This document shows, one piece after another, positions 47,496 through 56,966 of a stretch of 64,000 nucleotides of DNA (its first letter is position 1; each line of letters opens with the position of its first letter). The DNA comes from a virus: positions 9,322-73,321 of the IMG/VR virus record IMGVR_UViG_3300028833_000146. The stretch is one strand, 5' to 3'. The position numbers and the translations under genes were made by a program. The notes under the pieces were generated by a model that was not told where the DNA came from, made no database searches, and worked only from the letters and a program-made list of their open reading frames with translations.

Positions 47496-48359
47496 TTAAG
47501 ACTCAGAAATAAACCACTCGTAGATCTCATCGAATGTCGGCTCAGAATCAAATATAATTAAATACCCGTACGTCCCATCATCAAAATAAATCTTCTTATG
47601 TGTAAAGCCAACCCAGTCATACCCGTTATCGAACCCCGCTTCTTTCGACCAACCATCACCATCTCCGTATGACACTTTGTCCGCTCCAAACATTGTTAAT
47701 AGCTCATTAAGACTAGCAAATTCCCCGTTGCGATCATTCCATAAGAACTTATTAAACGCATACTCTGCCATCAGAACTTCAAGCATCGTTGATTTGAACC
47801 ACATTCGATCACCATCATCTGAGTTTACGCCTTCGATATAGAATGTCATCTCATTGCCATAATCCTCGTGCTGTAGATCATCATCACTAAAATATAAATG
47901 ATGCGGCTTATTAAAAATCTGGTTTTTATCTTCCGGTTTCTTATCTCTTAATTCAGAAGCGAGAGCTCCAACTGCAAAGCCTTTGTACTTATCTAATCGT
48001 GCGGACTGATTATTAACAATTTGTTCGAGAGAGCCAACGGATTCGAGCGCCTTTGTATTTCCACGGCGAATGCACCACGATGTTCCAAATGCTGCAAGAA
48101 CTGGCGGTGTAAATATCACTGCAGTGCCAATAATTTCTTTAATTTTTTCTTTTAAAGAAAGTTCTTTGAATTTTTTCGGAACTGTAGATGACTCTGTGAT
48201 ATTGTCTTTAGAGCCCATTTCCCATTCCATCCACTTTGTTGTAGAAACAAATGTTAGAACTCCAGTTGCAGCTACTCCAGCAATACTATACCATGAAAAT
48301 GCGGTAGGAGATATAGCTTTAGTTTTAACTGTGGATAATAGGTCTTTAAAATTGATCAT
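47496..48359 (-). CDS. Two-TM membrane protein, family member C
   Basis: MINFKDLLSTVKTKAISPTAF...; ...TMLEVLMAEYAFNKF...NELLTMFGAD. Confidence 0.5.
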   Translation of the reverse strand: MINFKDLLSTVKTKAISPTAFSWYSIAGVAATGVLTFVSTTKWMEWEMGSKDNITESSTVPKKFKELSLKEKIKEIIGTAVIFTPPVLAAFGTSWCIRRGNTKALESVGSLEQIVNNQSARLDKYKGFAVGALASELRDKKPEDKNQIFNKPHHLYFSDDDLQHEDYGNEMTFYIEGVNSDDGDRMWFKSTMLEVLMAEYAFNKFLWNDRNGEFASLNELLTMFGADKVSYGDGDGWSKEAGFDNGYDWVGFTHKKIYFDDGTYGYLIIFDSEPTFDEIYEWFISES

Positions 48360-48370
48360 CGTTTCTCCTT

Positions 48371-49189
48371 TTACTCACGAGGATGATTATAAAGCGGCAT
48401 TGATCCGCCAAAGAACGGATCAGAATACGAGACACAATAATCACTGAAACTAGGGGGATCAATATAATCTACAGACACAATTTTTTCTCCGATTTCTTCG
48501 TCAAATATCCACGAATGCTTAAAGTGGATCCATTGAACTTCTCCGCCCCAATCTTCGATCATCTTCTCATAAGTCCATCCTAGTTTGTCATACTCTTCTC
48601 GGCACTGATCTAAAATATCAAGAAGCTCGAAGAAGTCATATACAGAAACTGATCCATAGCCTTCTGAGAATCTCTGGTTAAGCGCATACTCTGCAAATAT
48701 AACGTCTGCCATAGTAGACTGAAAATAGACAATATGATCTGCTGTTCCGCAAACGCTAAACCACTGCAGGCCTTCTTCTGGTTTCTTATGACTAAAATCT
48801 TTTAGCACCTCTGCCGCGGCTAAAGCAGGAGCCGTTGATCTTAGTGTTCTTAATCGATTCTGAGTATTCGTAGCGACAGAATTAATCACGCCAGTATAGT
48901 CGATCCACTTAGTTTCTGCTTTGTTGATGCAATACACTGTAGCGATCGCAGTTACTATTGTAGGAATATAATTTCTGACAACCGTTCGAATCTCCTCTGC
49001 CGTTTCTTCTGGAGTAGACTCTTTTTCTAAATTTTCACCCTGGGATTTTTTCTCATATTCGTGCTCGCATTGTTTTCTAGTGTTAAGAATTGCCATTGTG
49101 ATCGTAGCACCAACTCCAAACAGCGCATAAGTAGCAAACGCTTTCGGAGACGTTGCCCTATCAAACAGCCCTTTTAGATTAATTCTCAT
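48371..49189 (-). CDS. Two-TM membrane protein, family member D
   Basis: MRINLKGLFDRATSPKAF...; ...TMADVIFAEYALNQRF...FFELLDILD. Confidence 0.5.
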   Translation of the reverse strand: MRINLKGLFDRATSPKAFATYALFGVGATITMAILNTRKQCEHEYEKKSQGENLEKESTPEETAEEIRTVVRNYIPTIVTAIATVYCINKAETKWIDYTGVINSVATNTQNRLRTLRSTAPALAAAEVLKDFSHKKPEEGLQWFSVCGTADHIVYFQSTMADVIFAEYALNQRFSEGYGSVSVYDFFELLDILDQCREEYDKLGWTYEKMIEDWGGEVQWIHFKHSWIFDEEIGEKIVSVDYIDPPSFSDYCVSYSDPFFGGSMPLYNHPRE

Positions 49190-49322
49190 TTATCCTCCTT
49201 TTTCGCTGGTCTTACTTGCTTATTGAAAATATAAATAAGCTCAGCCATTTCTATCGGTCGAACCATTTGCGTAATAAGTAGATCTTCCATTATCTTAATG
49301 CTCTCCTCTCTCCACAGCATTG

Positions 49323-49550
49323 CTAATTTCGATCTTCAAACCCTCTCATGCATTGCATGTTACAAATTTCTCCGTCTAATTTGCAGAATGGTATATGCGC
49401 TCCCATGTCTTCTTCCCATTCAACACTTTCGCATTCTTCTTGAATCTTCTTTTCTTTAATATATCTTTCTGAGTCATACAGATTCCACGGCATTGGCAAA
49501 GGATTCATCGGCGCAGCCTGAAACTGCGATAAAAATTCTTTCTTGTTCAT
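49323..49550 (-). CDS. Cys-rich small protein
   Basis: 75-aa ORF. Confidence 0.4.
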   Translation of the reverse strand: MNKKEFLSQFQAAPMNPLPMPWNLYDSERYIKEKKIQEECESVEWEEDMGAHIPFCKLDGEICNMQCMRGFEDRN

Positions 49551-49593
49551 CTAATAGTCACCATCATAAGATTTAAAGTTGAAAAACTTCATA

Positions 49594-50334
49594 CTAATAA
49601 ACTCGTTCAGGAGTATATTCATTGACCGTGCTCATTCCATAAACATCAACTGTCGGATCATATAAAATATCTTCTCCATCGATTTCGCTAACCGTCCATG
49701 CATGATAGTGCGAATCGGCGAATCCTATAACTAGCTTAGATTTAATTCCTTGTGACCTGAGCATAGCAACTACTATAGCTGCTAAATCCTGGCATATCCC
49801 CATGCATTTGTTCAATGAAGCGTCAATCTCTGGGAGCATACCTGTAGATTTTGTTACAGCTTTAATAAAATCGTAGGCGAAATAGCTCTTAATATAATTT
49901 TTAACTTCTTCAAAATATTGCCTATCATTTTTTCCGTCATGCAAATCCGCAGCAAGTTTCACAACCTGTGAATCTTTTGTATAATTCACATACTGATTTG
50001 GAATATAAAAAGCTGCGTCAGGATTCTCCATTAGAGCATTAAAACCAACAGATCCAATTTCTTCATATGCGTTGCCATATGCATTAGAATATAAAACAAC
50101 AGAATAAAAACCGGGACCTTTAATTAACGGAAATAGTTCAAAGGCTCCGGCGTTATTCAGACCGTACGTTGCTCCGTAGTTTCCGTGTTGGAAAATACGG
50201 AGCTTAAGTTTGCTATTCGTAGGTTCTTTAATCGCTGCAAATATAAATCCTTCGCTTGAACCGTGCGAATCAACTAACAATTTTCCCCCTCTGCGATTAA
50301 CCTCTTTAAATTCGGGCCACAGATTATTTCTCAT
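49594..50334 (-). CDS. Transglutaminase-like cysteine protease domain protein
   Basis: Cys in NKCMGICQDLAAIVVAMLRSQGI, His in HYHAWTV, Asp in DILYDPT: C-H-D triad spacing of the transglutaminase-like superfamily. Confidence 0.55.
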   Translation of the reverse strand: MRNNLWPEFKEVNRRGGKLLVDSHGSSEGFIFAAIKEPTNSKLKLRIFQHGNYGATYGLNNAGAFELFPLIKGPGFYSVVLYSNAYGNAYEEIGSVGFNALMENPDAAFYIPNQYVNYTKDSQVVKLAADLHDGKNDRQYFEEVKNYIKSYFAYDFIKAVTKSTGMLPEIDASLNKCMGICQDLAAIVVAMLRSQGIKSKLVIGFADSHYHAWTVSEIDGEDILYDPTVDVYGMSTVNEYTPERVY

Positions 50335-51040
50335 TTTTAGGTTCGTAAGTAATTAGCTCTTCAGCATACGGAAGAGTCTTAATCCAGCCACAGAATCCAG
50401 TTTTCTCGCCAGACCATTCAGTGAGCTTATGATGCCTGCGAGCGAAGAATATCCGTCTAAGAGTCTGATAATTAAGGTCAACTGTCCTTTTCTGCATATA
50501 GGAAGAAGGAAGCATCTGAATTAGCTGTTTCCAAATAATGTACGACTGAGGATCTTTACGCTCTACTGCACGCACATATCTTTCTCTTATATGATTTAAA
50601 AAATCGATTGTTCCTTTAGCCCATTCCTGTTGCGTCATCTGTTCCCCATCGCAATCATAAAGAACAGTGCCATCAAGCGTCTCCCATGAAAAGTCGTTAA
50701 TGGTGATTTCTCTTTTCATAATTGTATGCATGGTTGACTCAGAATTAGCGACGGTACTCACCTTGTAAGTGTCAAATTCCTTCCACCAGTAAAGCGGAGC
50801 ATTTATATCTGCCTGTGCATGAATGTATCTCATGAACTTAGAGTCGTCATCTCCGCCTGCTCTGAGAAGCTTCTGACAGAGCTCGAGATCCTTATGGCCA
50901 ATCTCGTCTCCAAAACCAATGTCTGGATCAAAACTGTCAGACTTTTCTCTGTTCTTAAACGGGTTTCTCATACCCAGAATAGCACCATAAAATCCACTTA
51001 CTTCAATCGTTTCAATATTAATCACTCGTTTTCTCCTCAC
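50324..51040 (-). CDS. Hypothetical protein
   Basis: 238-aa ORF. Confidence 0.45.
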   Translation of the reverse strand: MRRKRVINIETIEVSGFYGAILGMRNPFKNREKSDSFDPDIGFGDEIGHKDLELCQKLLRAGGDDDSKFMRYIHAQADINAPLYWWKEFDTYKVSTVANSESTMHTIMKREITINDFSWETLDGTVLYDCDGEQMTQQEWAKGTIDFLNHIRERYVRAVERKDPQSYIIWKQLIQMLPSSYMQKRTVDLNYQTLRRIFFARRHHKLTEWSGEKTGFCGWIKTLPYAEELITYEPKNEK

Positions 51041-51222
51041 TTAGCCTGTTTATCGAAATAGTCATTTAAAATACTCTTGAATTTTGTTACATCTGTCCAT
51101 TTTGCTGAATCGTCTTCAAACGTATCTCGAACGCCATCAGGATCAGACTCAGAAAAACACTCGAATGATCCATCTTCGTATTTTACAAGCCTAATCGTCT
51201 CTAGTCTTTCAAGATCAATCAT
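51037..51222 (-). CDS. Small acidic protein
   Basis: 61-aa ORF. Confidence 0.4.
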   Translation of the reverse strand: MIDLERLETIRLVKYEDGSFECFSESDPDGVRDTFEDDSAKWTDVTKFKSILNDYFDKQAK

Positions 51223-51404
51223 TCTTTTTCTCCATTATTATCTAGGTAATTGTTCACAGTAGACTCTGACATTCCGAGTACTTCAGCAATCTGCTCTATA
51301 GAATATCCAGAATCGAGCAATGCTTTTGCTCGAATTTGAAGTTCTCGATCCTGTTTCTTTTTCTCTTCGCTAGCTTTTACCCGTCTTTTTGGTAGTTTCT
51401 TCAA
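51219..51404 (-). CDS. Small HTH DNA-binding protein (sigma region-4 / LuxR-like helix-turn-helix)
   Basis: GYSIEQIAEVLGMSESTVNNYL. Confidence 0.5.
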   Translation of the reverse strand: MKKLPKRRVKASEEKKKQDRELQIRAKALLDSGYSIEQIAEVLGMSESTVNNYLDNNGEKE

Positions 51405-51440
51405 ATGTACTCTCCTCTCAAAAATATAAAAGGACCTGCA

Positions 51441-51707
51441 CTAGGCCCCTTCCGCTTTTTCTTTTTCCCACTCTTCGCTCATTCTCTGATCTATCAGATG
51501 ACACTGAATATCCCAGACCTTATTTTTAACCGCTAGAATCTCTGTTTCCTGTTTTTTAAATAATGCTCTGAATTCCTCAGTAATCATAGGTGTCTCTAAT
51601 TTTGCCCTATATAATTGCTCAAGCATAGTTAACAGTGCATATTTGATAAGAGTGCAATCATCCTCGGTTAATTTAATAAGCTCTGCATCTTTTCCGTCTT
51701 TAGACAT
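51441..51707 (-). CDS. Hypothetical protein
   Basis: 88-aa ORF; promoter motif upstream. Confidence 0.4.
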   Translation of the reverse strand: MSKDGKDAELIKLTEDDCTLIKYALLTMLEQLYRAKLETPMITEEFRALFKKQETEILAVKNKVWDIQCHLIDQRMSEEWEKEKAEGA

Positions 51708-51729
51708 AGATAAACCTCCTAAAGTAGTA

Positions 51730-51758
51730 TTTCATTATTGGGACTGTAAAATTTACGG
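51730..51758 (-). promoter_or_regulatory. Conserved phage promoter-like motif
   Basis: plus strand TTTCATTATTGGGACTGTAAAATTTACGG. Confidence 0.5.
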
Positions 51759-52658
51759 ATCCTGTACTTTTGCAAATAACCCTATGTCTGCTATGCTTAA
51801 CTGGAACGATAGTTTGTATACAATGCCATCATCGTTAAGTAATGAGCCAAGAGCATTAAGGATTTCATCACGTGATCCGCTTAAGTTCATTTGAGCATCT
51901 ACCAAAGCAGAAAACATAAAAGCCGGTTTTTTTTCAGGTTTCTCCTCAGTATTAAATATATGAGCATATTCCGAAACAGGCCTAATATGTGTCTGTTTGG
52001 CGATAGTCTCGTTGCCTTCAGGAATTAAAAGAATATCACTATTTCCTGTTTTTGGAGGTTCTTTTCTGGTTTCAATTTCAAAACGTTCCTTAAGGATTTC
52101 ATCATCAGTCTTACTCTGTGTTGGCTCAAATTCCCGTTCTTTTACTGTCTGAGCTTCTGTCCTCTGCACAACCTCTGCATCTTCTTTCTTTTCTGGCTTA
52201 GTGAGGAAATCAAGAAAACGTTCATCCATTGTTTTTCCGGTTCCGCCTTTCTTAAATAGCGTCTCAGACTTAAACTTGGCGCAGCAATACTGAGAAAATG
52301 TTCCCGGCTTCACGCCAAACATATCTGCAATATCGCGTTGACGAGCGCCATAGTTGTTTACAAGACCATTAATATAATTAACCTGCATCGTTTTTGGAAG
52401 AGATCTGAATTTCTTCCAATCATGAAGAGGCTCGTTCATATTAATGGAAAAACAAGGGCCACTAAGCTTTTTTTTCTGTGCAGGGGTCAAATGATCCGAA
52501 GGCAGGGTGCACCTCTTACTTTTACTTCCGTTCTTCTTATGAAATGCACCCGTCTTCATTTTGCTGCGTTCCGCCACATCTTGATTGAATACATAGCGCT
52601 CGTCTGTCATAAAATAATTCTCCTCACAATTAATTATCTTTGTTTCCTTTATTTCCAC
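51753..52658 (-). CDS. Hypothetical protein with central HTH-like segment
   Basis: 301 aa; GARQRDIADMFGVKPGTFSQY. Confidence 0.45.
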   Translation of the reverse strand: MEIKETKIINCEENYFMTDERYVFNQDVAERSKMKTGAFHKKNGSKSKRCTLPSDHLTPAQKKKLSGPCFSINMNEPLHDWKKFRSLPKTMQVNYINGLVNNYGARQRDIADMFGVKPGTFSQYCCAKFKSETLFKKGGTGKTMDERFLDFLTKPEKKEDAEVVQRTEAQTVKEREFEPTQSKTDDEILKERFEIETRKEPPKTGNSDILLIPEGNETIAKQTHIRPVSEYAHIFNTEEKPEKKPAFMFSALVDAQMNLSGSRDEILNALGSLLNDDGIVYKLSFQLSIADIGLFAKVQDP

Positions 52659-52842
52659 GAAGCGTCATATCAGATAATAATTGGCTACATATAGTCACAG
52701 CCTCTTCATTGGTAAAGCCGTTCTTTACAAGACTGGTTTTAAGTAAACCGAGATACTCTCCAACAGCTCCAATTCCAACAATAAGTGCCTCTATCTGCTT
52801 GCTAACATCTTCTTTACTCATTGGTAGTTCCTTTCGTATCAT
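52630..52842 (-). CDS. Hypothetical protein
   Basis: 70-aa ORF. Confidence 0.35.
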   Translation of the reverse strand: MIRKELPMSKEDVSKQIEALIVGIGAVGEYLGLLKTSLVKNGFTNEEAVTICSQLLSDMTLRGNKGNKDN

Positions 52843-53011
52843 AAGTTTCTCTTACCATATCTGTTAAATAGTAATTTTTTAAATCACCAAGCTCTTCGCG
52901 ATGCGAGTTATAAAGGTGCACTACTAGTCTGGCGGTATTTGATCCTGCATAAGACTCTATAGACTTACCGCAAAATTTACAAACATACTTTTTTTGATCT
53001 GAAAATATCAT
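52814..53011 (-). CDS. C2H2-like zinc-finger small protein, paralogue 1
   Basis: CKFCGKSIES...HLYNSH. Confidence 0.45.
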   Translation of the reverse strand: MIFSDQKKYVCKFCGKSIESYAGSNTARLVVHLYNSHREELGDLKNYYLTDMVRETYDTKGTTNE

Positions 53012-53024
53012 GAAGCTCTCCTAA

Positions 53025-53264
53025 TCACGTTACTTCGAAGCACCCTATTATCTGCTCTTTTAATAATGCGATCGCAAAAGTCATCATAGAGTAGCCCTCA
53101 CGATGCTGTGTTCTTACATGGTCCATCAATTCCAAATAACCCCAAGCAGGTCTGGTTGTGTTTTCAGGAAAAAATATAAGTTCGCCACGTTCATCTTGGA
53201 ACATAGTGAACTCTTTACCACAGAATTTGCATTTACAAGTTTTTATCGCATCTTTAATTGGCAC
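53025..53264 (-). CDS. C2H2-like zinc-finger small protein, paralogue 2
   Basis: CKCKFCGKEFT...HVRTQH. Confidence 0.45.
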   Translation of the reverse strand: MPIKDAIKTCKCKFCGKEFTMFQDERGELIFFPENTTRPAWGYLELMDHVRTQHREGYSMMTFAIALLKEQIIGCFEVT

Positions 53265-53284
53265 TATAAACCTCCTTAAAACAT

Positions 53285-53315
53285 AAAAAGAGCCACAAAT
53301 ATGTGACTCTTTTCC
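53285..53315 (-). terminator. Hairpin terminator
   Basis: AGAGCCACA..TGTGACTCT flanked by A/T runs. Confidence 0.4.
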
Positions 53316-53321
53316 TTATAC

Positions 53322-53537
53322 TTACAGATCTCCATCCGGCATATCGTAATCTTCCGGATCATAATACTCTTCGTAATCGTCTTCCGGAACACGCTCGAAA
53401 TAAATAAGCGATTTTCCGTCCTTGACTTCTTCGAACGCTCGGTTTCCGCAGATTATGCACATCCATTCTTTAGGGCCACCTTCATCAACGCGGACCATGG
53501 CTGTGTCACATACAGGGCACTCTAAATATCTTTCCAT
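53322..53537 (-). CDS. Zinc-ribbon protein
   Basis: CPVCD...CIICGN. Confidence 0.4.
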   Translation of the reverse strand: MERYLECPVCDTAMVRVDEGGPKEWMCIICGNRAFEEVKDGKSLIYFERVPEDDYEEYYDPEDYDMPDGDL

Positions 53538-53576
53538 CTTAAGCCCTCCTGAAATAAGTGTAGGAGGATTAATATA

Positions 53577-54047
53577 TCACATAATTGGAATTTTGTCAAA
53601 TACTGTTTCCCATACTTCGCGTTTGAGCGGTTTAAAACGTAATTTCCACATAATCTGCCGAACTGTAACTGTAGGATATAATCCGTTATCATCTGGCCCT
53701 TTGGCATGCTTTTTAAAAAAGTCAAGAAAACCAGAAGCTAAATATAAATCGTCCACTAAACAAGCGTCAATCTCTGTCCAATAAGTAGTTTTATTCTTCG
53801 GATTAAACCGCTGCTGGATGACGGCAAGTCCAGAACTACTAATTTTATACAACGTGCACGTAGTATAAATCGGATGGTTACACGCGTATGTTTCTCCATA
53901 TTGGCTAAAATATAATTTTGGAGGCTTATAATAATATCTCATAACGTACTTTATAAAGTGAAGAGCCAGTGTATTCTCTATTGGCTCTTCACTGGTTACT
54001 AACGTTTCAAGGTCGGATTCGGATGATTTGGCTCCTTGTTCTGCCAT
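53577..54047 (-). CDS. Hypothetical protein
   Basis: 156-aa ORF. Confidence 0.45.
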   Translation of the reverse strand: MAEQGAKSSESDLETLVTSEEPIENTLALHFIKYVMRYYYKPPKLYFSQYGETYACNHPIYTTCTLYKISSSGLAVIQQRFNPKNKTTYWTEIDACLVDDLYLASGFLDFFKKHAKGPDDNGLYPTVTVRQIMWKLRFKPLKREVWETVFDKIPIM

Positions 54048-54460
54048 CTAGCGAATCTCGAGGTGTATGCATGTCCATTCGACTCAAAATACTCAGATTT
54101 ATACTGAGCCCTGGAATTCGCGATCCAAGTTCCAAGAAAAGTTACTAAGGTCACACCGGCGGTTATGCAAACCTGAATCATAGTGCGTTTTGCCTCGCTA
54201 TCTTTCATGCGAGTTTCGTGCTCAAGCTTCTCGCTTTCTATGCCTCTCCGCATAGAATCGATAGTTGCTTCAGCATCGATCCTGTCTTGTTCGATAGTCA
54301 GCTTATTTCGTAACTCATCATCGTCGTTTGCCAACTCAATGTGCTTAACTAACTGCTTGGAAATCTTCTCATATTCGTCCGACTCAGGATTAATCGTCGC
54401 AAGTTTGTCGCTCAAACGTGCAATCTCTTCATCCAACTTCTGCCTACAAAGATCATTCAT
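53999..54460 (-). CDS. Coiled-coil protein with C-terminal TM helix
   Basis: 153-aa ORF. Confidence 0.45.
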   Translation of the reverse strand: MNDLCRQKLDEEIARLSDKLATINPESDEYEKISKQLVKHIELANDDDELRNKLTIEQDRIDAEATIDSMRRGIESEKLEHETRMKDSEAKRTMIQVCITAGVTLVTFLGTWIANSRAQYKSEYFESNGHAYTSRFARWQNKEPNHPNPTLKR

Positions 54461-54488
54461 TTGATTTCCTCCTCAAAATTTTAATATA

Positions 54489-54514
54489 CCATTATGGGAA
54501 CTGTACTTTTTGCG
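54489..54514 (-). promoter_or_regulatory. Conserved phage promoter-like motif (variant)
   Basis: plus strand CCATTATGGGAACTGTACTTTTTGCG. Confidence 0.45.
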
Positions 54515-54743
54515 AAGAATCGTCCTCGATTGCTACTTTAAAAATCACAGTTTTCATTTGAGGTATCCTTTCAGGAGGGATGTTAAACTCAAAAAGATAC
54601 TTATCACTTTCTTCTCCTCTAGTTACATGTATTATGCCATCATGCTTGTTTTGTCTAAAAAATATAAAACCGGCCACAGTTCCAACTAGAAAGCCGATAA
54701 AAAACAGCATATACCACTGCATATTATTAAGGACTTCAAACAT
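54492..54743 (-). CDS. Small membrane protein
   Basis: 83-aa ORF. Confidence 0.4.
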   Translation of the reverse strand: MFEVLNNMQWYMLFFIGFLVGTVAGFIFFRQNKHDGIIHVTRGEESDKYLFEFNIPPERIPQMKTVIFKVAIEDDSSQKVQFP

Positions 54744-54761
54744 TTCTAATGCCTCGCACGT

Positions 54762-55175
54762 TTAACGTCCAGTAGATCCAAAACCGGCTTCTCCACGGTC
54801 TGTTTCGCTAAGCTTATTAACTTCTTTAATATCACATACAGCACACGGTGTTATAACTAGCTGCGTAATCTTATCGCCGACATTAAAACTTACAATCTGC
54901 TTGCTGGCATTAAAAAGAATGGCGTGCACGGAACCTCGATATGAGCTATCGATTGTTCCACTGCTCGTCACTCCTTTAAGCATCAACCCTGATTTACTTG
55001 TGATTTGTCCTACATAACCATCCGGTATCTCTACATGAACTCCGGTATCAATATCTTTATGCTCACCGGGATATAGATCAAAATCATAAGGTGTTTTAAG
55101 ATCTAATCCGGCGTCCATAGGATGCGCACGCTTAGGCAAATACGCTCCATTATCGAGTTTTACTTTAATAGTCAT
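54762..55175 (-). CDS. dut: dUTP diphosphatase (dUTPase)
   Basis: AGLDL, GTIDSSYRG, RGEAGFGSTG trimeric dUTPase motifs. Confidence 0.9.
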   Translation of the reverse strand: MTIKVKLDNGAYLPKRAHPMDAGLDLKTPYDFDLYPGEHKDIDTGVHVEIPDGYVGQITSKSGLMLKGVTSSGTIDSSYRGSVHAILFNASKQIVSFNVGDKITQLVITPCAVCDIKEVNKLSETDRGEAGFGSTGR

Positions 55176-55384
55176 GGTGTTACTCCTTTAATAAATGTTT
55201 TATATTTTCCATGGTTATCAGCGATTGACACTTTATCTCCTGCGAGATAATAGCCCTTAATTTGGTTCCACACATAATCGAGCGAATCTCCTTCCCAGCA
55301 ACGAATATCAAAGATATTGCCTAGATGCTCTCCTTTGTAAATTACACGTTTAAGTTCGATCATCGCCATCCTCCTCAATATCAT
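55172..55384 (-). CDS. Hypothetical protein
   Basis: 70-aa ORF; ATGA coupling. Confidence 0.4.
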   Translation of the reverse strand: MILRRMAMIELKRVIYKGEHLGNIFDIRCWEGDSLDYVWNQIKGYYLAGDKVSIADNHGKYKTFIKGVTP

Positions 55385-55519
55385 AGAAAGCTAAAGGGAA
55401 AATATCCACGTGCTCATTATCGGTCCAGTTCATCTCGCTAGGATCAGTTTCGCCCACAAACTCAAGGAGTTCTTTCTTGGCTTTTTCGTTCAGATCATGG
55501 TAATAGATCGTAAATGTTT

Positions 55520-55753
55520 TCATTTAGCGCCTCCTAAAGCTACTTTAAGTTCGTCATAAAGCCATCTCATGCGTTTTTCCATCTGATCTGACTCGCCATG
55601 ATAATACGTTGTATCTGCATCGTTGAAGTTCTGATGTGAAACACACGCTTGAACCCGACTATGTGAATAAATATCGCCTGTCTCCATTAAAAGGTTAAGC
55701 TTCTGGAGCGGCGTAGCATTTTTATGAATATCAACAAACTCATCAAAGGTCAT
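55520..55753 (-). CDS. Hypothetical protein
   Basis: 77-aa ORF. Confidence 0.4.
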   Translation of the reverse strand: MTFDEFVDIHKNATPLQKLNLLMETGDIYSHSRVQACVSHQNFNDADTTYYHGESDQMEKRMRWLYDELKVALGGAK

Positions 55754-55965
55754 TCGATTTCCTCCTCGAGATAAGCACGGATCTTATCTTTACATTCTTC
55801 AGAAGTACAACGACAAGAAGTCTTACATGGACAATTCCAGCAATCTAAGAAATCAAAAGAAATATCTACAGCGTCATCGATTGTCTTAATGCTGCCATAA
55901 AGAAATTCCATTCCTGGTTTAAGTTGTTCGAATCTAGTCATGCTGTCTCCTTTCCATTTAAGCAA
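55750..55965 (-). CDS. Cys-rich small protein
   Basis: CWNCPCKTSCRC. Confidence 0.4.
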   Translation of the reverse strand: MLKWKGDSMTRFEQLKPGMEFLYGSIKTIDDAVDISFDFLDCWNCPCKTSCRCTSEECKDKIRAYLEEEIE

Positions 55966-56324
55966 AGCTTCTTAATTATTGTCTGAGGACTACGTATAAT
56001 TCTGCTCCAATCAGCAAACAGTTCCACTTGCTCAATCGAATAGTCGTCACAATACTCGCCATCGCCATTTTCTCGTCTATAAATAATAGAAGCTCCAAGA
56101 TCACAGTTGCTTTCATCGTCCCAGTAAGTTGTAATCGAGTAACCTTTAAGCAATGTGTCGTTTTTTATTTTTCTCGTGGTGTTATCGATCAGCTCCTCCA
56201 GATAACTGCGAGCGTCTTCATAAGAAAAGAAAACTCCAACCGTATGACAATCGCCGGCTTTAAAATTATCCCATTCTCGATTTAAAATCTGCCAGCATTT
56301 AATGAATTCTCTTTCCATACTCAA
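55938..56324 (-). CDS. Hypothetical protein
   Basis: 128-aa ORF. Confidence 0.45.
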   Translation of the reverse strand: MSMEREFIKCWQILNREWDNFKAGDCHTVGVFFSYEDARSYLEELIDNTTRKIKNDTLLKGYSITTYWDDESNCDLGASIIYRRENGDGEYCDDYSIEQVELFADWSRIIRSPQTIIKKLCLNGKETA

Positions 56325-56429
56325 CCTCCTCGTCTAGTTTTATGAAAAATATCTTTTAAATAAGTAAAAGGCCGATCGTTAAGACCAGCCTTTCCAGTTA
56401 AAGCATGATATATTATATGAACTCCAAAT

Positions 56430-56633
56430 TCAAAGATGACGACCACCGAAAATATCAACAGCAATAGCTGAATCATAGCCTGATCCTTTCTCAACAATAT
56501 TTATAGTTCCGTTTCCAGTTCGATCAATTGTTATGTCAGGAGTTAACCCGTTTACTGTGACTGCCAGATTTCCGTATTTTCGAATCAGCAATTCAAGAAT
56601 ACTCACAAATTCAGAAGCCTTGATCTCGTCCAT
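56430..56633 (-). CDS. Hypothetical protein
   Basis: 67-aa ORF. Confidence 0.35.
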   Translation of the reverse strand: MDEIKASEFVSILELLIRKYGNLAVTVNGLTPDITIDRTGNGTINIVEKGSGYDSAIAVDIFGGRHL

Positions 56634-56639
56634 TCGTGC

Positions 56640-56966
56640 TCACTTCATAAAACTTGTGTCATAATATGGCGGGAACGTGATTGTGAACTTATATGAATCA
56701 TCAGACCCAACATAAAAATAAATATTGTCTTTATTCATTCGATCTTTAAACATAATCCTCTTCAGATTAAAACGAAGATCGTCTGAAATTTGGATCTTCA
56801 TTTTATCGCAGAGTGCCGAAATACTTACATACCCTTTAGCCGCAAGAAGATCATTGTATTCTCTAATAAACTCTATCGCTGCCTCTTCATCTCGGAAATT
56901 AAATTGGTCCAAAATATCATTCACTTTATCCTGTGTATGGTATGAAAGCGCATATTTAGTTACCAT
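56640..56966 (-). CDS. Hypothetical protein
   Basis: 108-aa ORF. Confidence 0.4.
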   Translation of the reverse strand: MVTKYALSYHTQDKVNDILDQFNFRDEEAAIEFIREYNDLLAAKGYVSISALCDKMKIQISDDLRFNLKRIMFKDRMNKDNIYFYVGSDDSYKFTITFPPYYDTSFMK

